Assembly (NCBI GenBank): GCA_049509455.1
Contig: JBEKZX010000021.1
Location: 1 to 24,058, forward strand
DNA length: 24,058 nucleotides
Origin: Conexivisphaerales archaeon
GTDB lineage: Archaea > Thermoproteota > Nitrososphaeria > Conexivisphaerales > DTJL01
Direction of reading: 5' to 3'
Shown: one piece after another, positions 17,370 to 24,058 of the stretch
How positions within the stretch are numbered: the stretch's first letter is position 1
Layout of the letters: each line of letters begins with the position of its first letter
Program-made: the position numbers and the translations under genes
The notes under the pieces: generated by a model
Seen by the model: only the letters and a program-made list of their open reading frames with translations
Databases searched by the model: none
Told to the model about the DNA's origin: nothing

Positions 17370-18407
17370 CTAAGATGTCTGAGGGGTAAGACCCACCATC
17401 GCACACTTGAATTTGAGCATCTGACCGTCCAAAGCCACAATCCGCTTCAGTTCCATGGGGTCGCTATTCTCTGAAATGCGCCCGGGAACCGTTGTAACCG
17501 CCAGCCGATAGCCGTGCGCATCCAACAAATCCTTCACCCTCTCGCTGATGTGACGACGTTTCCCATACGGATAGCTGAAGAGCGTGCAGGAAGAGTTCAA
17601 CTTGGCCTCAATCTCTTCTCGTGGTTGCTCGACCTCACGTTCAATGTCGTGTTCGGACATCACGCACATGTCCACGTGATCATGGGTGTGCGAACCAAAG
17701 GACACCAACCCATCATCATGCAATTCCTTCACTTCCTTCCACGACAGGTACAAAGGTTCGGCTGGAGGAGGTGGCGTTCCCAACTGGAATTCGAGTTCGC
17801 TGAGAATGCGAATCCTTCTTTGCGGGTCGATGTCAAGAAAGAGATCATTGAGGCTTCTCAAGCAGCAGAGCCTTGCTGTGGCGGTGGACAGGTCATAGGT
17901 CCTATCTGTTCCGTCAAGTTTGAAAGACAATGCAGGTCCTATAGTGTTACTTACGATTCTAGCCAACCGGTCCTCCCATTTGATAATGTTTTCGTCGAGC
18001 AGTCCAGTGATTAGGAAAACGGTACAAGGGATATTGTATTTCTTCAGTATCGGATAGGCGTTCGTAAAGAAGTCGTGATAGCCGTCGTCGAAAGTGACAG
18101 CTACCTGATTCGGAGAAGCTTTCGACGACCCCTCGAGGTAGCTGACCAGGTAATCAAGAGTCACACAATTCTTCTTACTAGATAGGAAGGACATCTGTTT
18201 GTCAAAATCTCGGACATCGACTATGTTGTCCGGGTAGACATCGCGGCAATTCTTACGGTTCACGCTGTGGTAGAGGAGTACCACAGGCTTCTTCCGCTGC
18301 AGGAAAGAAGACAGGGAATATATTCCTGAGTAATATGCTAGGAAGCAGGTCGCCACGTAGAGAGCCTCGAGGACACCCCTAACGACTGGGCGATTCTTTG
18401 CCTTCAA
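17370..18407 (-). CDS. Polysaccharide deacetylase (CE4/NodB family)
   Basis: VLLYHSV, TFDDGY (motif 1), GSHTHDH (metal-binding), FSYPYG. Confidence 0.92.
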   Translation of the reverse strand: MKAKNRPVVRGVLEALYVATCFLAYYSGIYSLSSFLQRKKPVVLLYHSVNRKNCRDVYPDNIVDVRDFDKQMSFLSSKKNCVTLDYLVSYLEGSSKASPNQVAVTFDDGYHDFFTNAYPILKKYNIPCTVFLITGLLDENIIKWEDRLARIVSNTIGPALSFKLDGTDRTYDLSTATARLCCLRSLNDLFLDIDPQRRIRILSELEFQLGTPPPPAEPLYLSWKEVKELHDDGLVSFGSHTHDHVDMCVMSEHDIEREVEQPREEIEAKLNSSCTLFSYPYGKRRHISERVKDLLDAHGYRLAVTTVPGRISENSDPMELKRIVALDGQMLKFKCAMVGLTPQTS

Positions 18408-18557
18408 GCGAACAACCTGCCACTCTATGATGACAATAGTCTTGGATATCAGGGTTTATTGCTTGCGTGAGAACCCGCATTGATTTGGTCCTCCCAGCTG
18501 ATTCGCTCCTGACCCATTATTCTCTTGGCTGGTGTTTCCTGCATGGCCGAGAAATAG

Positions 18558-19066
18558 GCGTTCCGATCGTCGTCTCGGCTTGCCAAACGTTCAGGTGTCC
18601 TTGCATTCCTCGACGGGCTAGCAAGGCACGTGTTGATCTACAGCGACCCACTGTCCGCGCGGCCCGGTTGGATTGGCCTTGGGTCAAACAACTCGGTGAC
18701 CCGGCATGAGAACCTTTCGATCAGCAGAGGGGTCATGGGGGGGTGTGGCTCCTTCTTGCTCAATCCTCTGGCGTCGCCTCCGTGAAGGTTTTGGAAGAAG
18801 GACCAGACTACATTCGACTGGAGGCCAACGCTTCGTCTGATTTTGCGAGTGTGCTCTACCTGGGTGAGAACTACGACCCGGGCTGGGCCACCAAGATGGA
18901 TGGAGTCCAAGTAGCGAACCACGTTTTGGCGAACACATATGCAAACGCATGGATACTGCAGGTCCCCAAGGGAACTTATACGTTTGAAATCTACTATGGT
19001 CCGAGCAGTGCTTACAGGGCGATGTTCTACATCAGTATAGGTGCGATGATCCTCTTGGGTTGCTAA
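18558..19066 (+). pseudogene. 3' remnant of a paralogue of the 962-aa GT-C/lectin protein, frameshifted in a G7 run
   Basis: HVLIYSDPLSARPGWIGLGSNNSVTRHENLSIS aligns to QVLTYSNPLLGQPGQIGIGSDTSVTQFEHLVIS. After G7 (18737-18743) the frame changes to VWLLL...EEGPDYIRLEAN...LGENYDPGW...ANTYANAWILQ, aligning to the C-terminus of 13337-16225. Confidence 0.85.
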
Positions 19067-19193
19067 GTCACGTGGGTGGAACTCAGCCGGCCTGGTCTCT
19101 CTAAGAAGCTGCGGACTTGATTCCAACGTGACAGGTTACTGATCGTCTCAGGTTCGGCCTTCGGAAACGCGAGGTGGTGGGCGGTCGTATCGC

Positions 19194-20063
19194 TCAGGCA
19201 TCGACCTTGCTCCCCAGAGAGGCCAGGCCCCCTGAAGCATAGCCGAGGAAATAGGGGAGGCCCTTGAGGGCGGTTAGAAGGTCGCTCTGCAACCCTAGCA
19301 TCAGGCTCCGCGGTGCTCTCGCTCTGAACCTGGTCTTCCCCCAGACGAGCTCCCGGTAGTGGCCACTGCTCGCCAGCCCGTAGGCGGACCTCCCATACCG
19401 GAAGTTCTTACGCCAGAGCTCGGCGAGGCTGGCTGGCTCCATGTGCCAGACGGCATTGTGCAGCAGGCCAACTCTTTGCGAAATCTTGAACGACTCATAG
19501 TAGATTATCGAGTGGTCATGGAAGACGACCGAAGCTAGGAGTTCCGCGGGTATCCTCCTGAATGCCTCCTCCAGGATAGACCTTCGGAAGAAACGGGCCA
19601 ATAGAACACCCGTCGTCGGGTCCATGTTAGTCTCGGAGAGCTTGTGAACAAGGTCGCGATCGGCTTCGAAAAGCTTCTGGACCCAAGTCGCGGGGCGAAA
19701 GGCGCTCTCTTCCAAAACGAGCATGTCGGGCCCTTCCGAAACCAATCGAATAGCCCTTTCGACGGCCGTCCTTTCAAGTATCTGATCCGAGTCTAGCACC
19801 AAGACGAATTCGCCCTTGCTACGCATCGTGCCTAAGTACCTTGCGCCGAGCAGCCTAGCTCTCGTCAGAATCACCGACGCTCCGTTCGTCTTCGCAATCT
19901 CTCTCGTGGAGTCCCTCGAGTACGAGTCCACCACTATCGTTTCGATATCGCCGTAGGACTGATTCCTGACAGACTGAAGCGCCAGGCCTATGGTAGCTTC
20001 CGAGTTGAGTGTTGGAATGACGACGGAAACCGAAATCCGACGGGTGAGCCCCAAATCAGGCAT
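19194..20063 (-). CDS. GT2-family glycosyltransferase, paralogue b (paralogue of 12101-12958)
   Basis: VSVVIPT...LQSVRNQSY.DIETIVVDSYSRD; LDSD DXD motif; the C-terminal H.EP.S..E...K...YG.S pattern is shared with paralogue a. Confidence 0.9.
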   Translation of the reverse strand: MPDLGLTRRISVSVVIPTLNSEATIGLALQSVRNQSYGDIETIVVDSYSRDSTREIAKTNGASVILTRARLLGARYLGTMRSKGEFVLVLDSDQILERTAVERAIRLVSEGPDMLVLEESAFRPATWVQKLFEADRDLVHKLSETNMDPTTGVLLARFFRRSILEEAFRRIPAELLASVVFHDHSIIYYESFKISQRVGLLHNAVWHMEPASLAELWRKNFRYGRSAYGLASSGHYRELVWGKTRFRARAPRSLMLGLQSDLLTALKGLPYFLGYASGGLASLGSKVDA

Positions 20064-20186
20064 CCTTCAAGTTACTCCTTGGAACCGACGCCTAAGACTC
20101 CATATAAGAGATTGGCGTGTTCGCACCGGGATGGGCAGAACCCAGATGGCCTTGACAGAGCAATTCCAGCTTCCCGCAATAGCGTC

Positions 20187-20987
20187 TCAACGCCACGTCT
20201 CGATCAGGTCCTCCGGGGCCATTCCGGCGAGGTTCTTCTGATACCACCGTGTGATCCGCAGGCGATATGAGATGCCACAGAGGTCGACGAACATCCTCAG
20301 GGCATCGCCAGCCCGAAAACCCATCCGCTGCACGACGACTACGGGTGCTTCGGCGACCCTCAACTTCAGCAGCTTCGCCAAAACGAGCAGCTCCGTGTCG
20401 AAGGCGTACCTCTTGACCAAAACGAGCCTGATGATGTTGTTCAGTGGTTTCCTTCTGAACGCCTTCAGCCCCGTCTGGGTATCTGACATCCGGAGCCCCG
20501 TCATAATCCACACCAGCTTGTTGAATCCTGCACTCAGAAACTTCCTAGTGAAAGGTGCATCATAAGAAGACAATGGGTCCCTCTTCGAGGAGATCACCAT
20601 GTCACAGTCCCTCAACTGCCATAGGTATCTCTCCAGCTCCCGCGACCCTATTTCTGCGTCAGCGTCGCACATGATTACGTAATCTCCAGTAGCGTGTCCG
20701 ACACCCTTGATGACCGAGAAGCCTTTTCCGTGGTTCACACTATTCCTTATCAGTTTGACCCTGTCGTCCTTCATGGATGCTATGATGGCGGCCGTGTGGT
20801 CCCGGGACCCATCGTCAACCACGACGATTTCATAGTCGGGGGTGAACCTCTGCAACGACTCCTTTGCCTGCAGGATGCTCTGAAAGATGTTATCGCTCAC
20901 GTTGAAGGCCGGCATGACCATCGAAACACTGACATGACCATACCTCTCCTCAAAGCTGGAGCGCTGTAGATGATGGTGTGTAACCAC
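20187..20987 (-). CDS. GT2-family polyprenol-phosphate glycosyltransferase (Dol-P-Man/Glc synthase, DPM1/ALG5-like)
   Basis: SMVMPAFN, EIVVVDDGSRD, NHGKGFSV, CDAD, ISSKR, MSDTQTGLKAF, YAFDTELL. The start is uncertain: the frame is open to 21137, and I chose the GTG at 20987 because it lies downstream of a TATA-like box. Confidence 0.85.
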   Translation of the reverse strand: MVTHHHLQRSSFEERYGHVSVSMVMPAFNVSDNIFQSILQAKESLQRFTPDYEIVVVDDGSRDHTAAIIASMKDDRVKLIRNSVNHGKGFSVIKGVGHATGDYVIMCDADAEIGSRELERYLWQLRDCDMVISSKRDPLSSYDAPFTRKFLSAGFNKLVWIMTGLRMSDTQTGLKAFRRKPLNNIIRLVLVKRYAFDTELLVLAKLLKLRVAEAPVVVVQRMGFRAGDALRMFVDLCGISYRLRITRWYQKNLAGMAPEDLIETWR

Positions 20988-21066
20988 CAGAGTCTCATCG
21001 CCTCTAGGTTTGATACGCCACACCAATGCGACCTTGCCCAGCCGGTTGATGACACACTTGAGGTTC

Positions 21067-21073
21067 ATATAAA
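21067..21073 (-). promoter_or_regulatory. Possible TATA box for the Dol-P GT2 gene
   Basis: The minus strand reads TTTATAT in a GC-rich region. Confidence 0.3.
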
Positions 21074-21343
21074 CTCTGCCCGCAGAATATCCCGTTTTCG
21101 CCGCCGGCTGGTGCCTTTGGTCATCCGACGACGCCACCAGTTTGGCAACAGGGTTAGGCAGGTCACCAATGACCGCAATAATGCATTTGACATCGATGAT
21201 GTGGCGGGGAGACTTGCCTTCCTACCAAGGCCGACAGGGAGGACGTGCAATGTAGGCAGGGGCCCTCCCATGTCCTGACCCCGGCCCAACACTGGCTGGC
21301 TCGGAAGGAACGAAGCGGCAGGGCGGGAGGCTTGAGGCGAGGG

Positions 21344-22528
21344 CTAGCCCGTCGTCGGCGGCTCCCCTTCTTCGGGGACCAATTCGACTCTAACGTTGGC
21401 CCAGGCCAGGCTCGCAAGGATGACGGCGCCCCCTAACACGGCGGCCTGAAGTCCGTAGGACGGGGTCCAACCTGACTGCAAGAACGCCCAGGCGGATGCG
21501 AAGGCGAGGACGGCGGAGGCTGCGGAGGCCAGCTGAGGGAGGAGCCTCCTGCCTGCGTAGACGTACCCGGCGACCCCAACCCAGGCCAGCAGGGCCGCGG
21601 AATAGGCCAGCGCAGCGGCGAGGTAGAAGGTTCCGAGCGACAGCTGACCTGTCCCGGAGAAAGGAGCCAGAAGGCTGTACGGGAGGTAGGCGGGGAAGGG
21701 CCCTATCGAGCTCCATGGAGCGAAGGCCGAGAGGAGGCTCAGGAGCGCCCCCGCAACCCCCACGTAGAAGGGCCTCCTGGGGAAGCCGCTCTTCAACCCC
21801 GGAGCCACCGTCGCTGGCGGGCCCGCAGGCCCGCGCCGGACACGCCTGCCGGCCTGGCCCAGGGTGGTGACAACCGGCGTCGCCAGAAGGACCGCTGGTA
21901 TCGCTATGCTGAGGATCGAGAGGGAAGGGAGGGCGGGCGAAGATACGGTCTCCAGCAGGAGGCCCTGCATGTCCCCGTCGGCGGGCACCCACTGCTCGAA
22001 CAGGAGGATCCCCGACGCGATGTCATAGATGAGCGTCAGGTTCCCGAAATCCATGCCCTGCAAGGCCAGGTCGATCTCCACGCTCCTGAATGTGCCCGCC
22101 TTCACCGTGTAGTTGATGACCTCCGCCGACAGGGGCGTCACCGTGGCTAGGGTCTTCGACGTGACCAGGGACGCCCAGCTGGCGTTCCCGTCGACGCTCT
22201 CCTGAATGGCTCCTGGCGGCAGGTAGATGATGGACGTGATGTAGTCGGCGTCCACCGGGAAGCCGTTGCGGTAATCTATGGTTACGTTGGAGCCGCCGCT
22301 GGTTCCGTTGACGTCGAAGCTGGTCTGGAAGACCATGGTCGACGCGTCCAGCCTTAGCACATTAGTCTGGACGTCCCAAGTCTCCGAGGCCCGGGCGCCC
22401 TCGTAGTAAAGGACCGAGCCCTGGGCTATGGAGAGCTGCTCGGCGTAGGACGCCACCATGGCCTGAGAGGTCAGCAGCAGGGCCATGACGAGGAGGGAAG
22501 CGGCGCGAAGGGATAGGCGGCCGTTCAA
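21344..22528 (-). CDS. Hypothetical membrane protein with signal peptide, beta-rich glycosylated ectodomain and about 5 C-terminal TM helices
   Basis: N-terminal hydrophobic signal; TVKAGTF and IYDIASGILL beta-strand motifs; 5 N-x-S/T sequons (NGT, NVT, NAS, NYT, NLT) before the first anchor. GGTGGAG RBS precedes the TTG. Confidence 0.7.
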   Translation of the reverse strand: MNGRLSLRAASLLVMALLLTSQAMVASYAEQLSIAQGSVLYYEGARASETWDVQTNVLRLDASTMVFQTSFDVNGTSGGSNVTIDYRNGFPVDADYITSIIYLPPGAIQESVDGNASWASLVTSKTLATVTPLSAEVINYTVKAGTFRSVEIDLALQGMDFGNLTLIYDIASGILLFEQWVPADGDMQGLLLETVSSPALPSLSILSIAIPAVLLATPVVTTLGQAGRRVRRGPAGPPATVAPGLKSGFPRRPFYVGVAGALLSLLSAFAPWSSIGPFPAYLPYSLLAPFSGTGQLSLGTFYLAAALAYSAALLAWVGVAGYVYAGRRLLPQLASAASAVLAFASAWAFLQSGWTPSYGLQAAVLGGAVILASLAWANVRVELVPEEGEPPTTG

Positions 22529-22550
22529 TACTCCACCGTAGGGAAGGGTG

Positions 22551-22560
22551 ATTAAAAAAG
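22551..22560 (-). promoter_or_regulatory. T-rich element: terminator of the S-layer-like gene and/or TATA box of the downstream gene
   Basis: The minus strand reads CTTTTTTAAT, about 20 nt after the upstream stop and 23-32 nt before the TTG at 22528. Confidence 0.4.
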
Positions 22561-22580
22561 AGTGTGTAGATTGAAAACTT

Positions 22581-24058
22581 CTATGGGTCGAACTGAACTG
22601 ACGCTGTTGTCGTCGTCGGGAGCTTCTCGTACCACCAGACGGGTGCCTGCCCTGGGGTATTGAACGTGGGCGTGCCGAGGACTCCGTTCCATGATAGGGT
22701 CGGGAAGCGGTCGAATGGGAATGGTCCGAAGGATGTCGCGTAGAGGTTCGAGCCGAATTGGGTGATCGTGCCGAGTGCCTGCACTACGTTGAAGTTCAGT
22801 GGTTCCGTTCCGGAGGTCGACTCAGTTGTTCCAGGTCCGTATGTGATGTGCAGTATCAACGCCACCGTGCCAGGCGGCAGCCAGGAGCTTGTGTCCGCAT
22901 TGTTGAGGTAGACAGAGGCCCATGCGCCGGCCCAGTAGGTGTCCCTACCGTTCCAGCCGTATATGGAGAGGCCTCTGGTTCCGTTGATGTCCTGAACGAT
23001 GGAGATGACCGCGTAGCCAGCCGTGTAGCCGAATCCACCAGTGCCTGTACTAGACGCCCAGCTCGAGACAGGGAAGAAGTCGAAGGTCGGAATCCCTGGG
23101 TTGCTCGTCGGTGCGGTGCCTGTTACGTTGCCGCCATTGACGTAGGCGAAGGAGTCCGTGCCCTCCCTAGTTATGGCGAAGGAGAAGTCGTTGAAGTACC
23201 TGGTAAGGCCATTAGCCTTCTCGCCTCCGATCGTCACGATCCCGTTCATGTCGCGCCTGTAGAGCGGATAGTACTCTCCTGTGAATCCTTCGTACCCAAA
23301 GTAGTACGTGTACCACGTTTCACCGAGTGGCGACTTGGAAGGCATCCACCAGTATCCATAGCCCGAGAATCCGCCAGCTATTGGTTGCGCAGGACCTGTG
23401 ATGTCATCGTCGTAGATCCCGAACGCGTAGCCCTTCAGCGCCGTGAAGTAGTAGGTCGTCGCATCCCTGCCGACTCCGCCGGTTACGTTGACCTCGCCGA
23501 TGCCTTGGGCGTTATTCTCTGCTTGGATGTAGCTCCCGTTGAACTCATTCAGGCCGTAAGGTATGGATCCTTGCATCCCGGCAATGGGAGCTTCCCATGG
23601 GAAGAGGGTGTCGTTCCTGTCGAACAGGACGAGCGGCGTCGTGCCGCTGCCCCATGCGTCGACCAGGCCAGCAGAGACCATTGCCGAAGCTCCACTGTCC
23701 GTAGTGGCTGCGCTCTGGCCTAGGCCTATCCACTGGAACCCGGTGCCGGCAAGATCGCCGAAGACTGAGTTAGCGAAGTCAAGTGGGTTGAAGACCGTGC
23801 TGAGCAGGTATTGTTCCTCCATTCCGATCGTGTCATTGTGTGTTGCGCCCATAGCAGCGCTATCAGCAGGCACTGGCTCCGTAAGGCCGGGCGCTGGATT
23901 CGCACCGAAATCATCTGGAAGATTCGTTGGTACCGTCTGAGTTGGGCCGTCGGTCATTCCGACGACTTCGACGAACCTGATCTCACGGTCGCTCGCTCCT
24001 CCCTTGGCTAGGAAGCCGAGGAGGTTGGTCATGTTCACGTCGCCGAACATCCCTTGGT
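22581..24058 (-). CDS. Probable S-layer/cell-surface glycoprotein, C-terminal part (5'-partial)
   Basis: The frame is open to the window edge. The protein is rich in Gly/Thr/aromatic residues and poor in charged residues. GIVTIGGEKANGLTRYFND and GLSIYGWNGRDTYWA resemble the S_layer_C motifs (LILVGGPVAN..T; V.G..R..T..A). 7 sequons. Confidence 0.55.
   Translation of the reverse strand, partial: QGMFGDVNMTNLLGFLAKGGASDREIRFVEVVGMTDGPTQTVPTNLPDDFGANPAPGLTEPVPADSAAMGATHNDTIGMEEQYLLSTVFNPLDFANSVFGDLAGTGFQWIGLGQSAATTDSGASAMVSAGLVDAWGSGTTPLVLFDRNDTLFPWEAPIAGMQGSIPYGLNEFNGSYIQAENNAQGIGEVNVTGGVGRDATTYYFTALKGYAFGIYDDDITGPAQPIAGGFSGYGYWWMPSKSPLGETWYTYYFGYEGFTGEYYPLYRRDMNGIVTIGGEKANGLTRYFNDFSFAITREGTDSFAYVNGGNVTGTAPTSNPGIPTFDFFPVSSWASSTGTGGFGYTAGYAVISIVQDINGTRGLSIYGWNGRDTYWAGAWASVYLNNADTSSWLPPGTVALILHITYGPGTTESTSGTEPLNFNVVQALGTITQFGSNLYATSFGPFPFDRFPTLSWNGVLGTPTFNTPGQAPVWWYEKLPTTTTASVQFDP

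Noticed and set aside
21390-23940. Long alternative-frame and antisense ORFs (21390-21992, 21496-21870, 22758-23723, 23563-23940)
   Set aside because: Typical stop-poor shadows of GC-rich genes, with no motifs.
1-24058. rRNA, tRNA, integrase or IS transposase
   Set aside because: No cloverleaf, rRNA signature or DDE/tyrosine-recombinase motif was recognised by eye; a tRNAscan/Infernal run would be needed to exclude small RNAs.

Overview
24 kb of high-GC DNA, most likely archaeal (TATA-type boxes about 20-35 nt before several starts, a Dol-P-sugar-synthase-like GT2 and an S-layer-like gene; TACK affiliation is my guess). A surface-glycan biosynthesis and modification island sits between the 3' end of a PaoB/YagS-type FAD subunit of a xanthine-dehydrogenase-family enzyme (left) and the 3' end of a probable S-layer protein plus a glycosylated membrane protein (right). 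The island holds 3 GT4 and 3 GT2 glycosyltransferases, 2 large GT-C-like polytopic membrane proteins (one fused to a lectin/DUF1080-like domain), an NDP-sugar epimerase/dehydratase, a CE4 deacetylase, a SAM methyltransferase and a tandem pair of PaaK/CapK-like adenylate-forming ligases of identical length (1323 bp). One ligase is broken by a single in-frame TAG. The island shows duplication and decay: four paralogue pairs, a frameshifted remnant of the GT-C/lectin gene and a probable PIN remnant. It also has a non-coding array of 11-bp-phased GTT(A/C)G boxes with inverted copies about 130 bp away. No rRNA, tRNA, CRISPR array or intact transposase was recognised. All calls come from motif recognition by eye; no searches were run.
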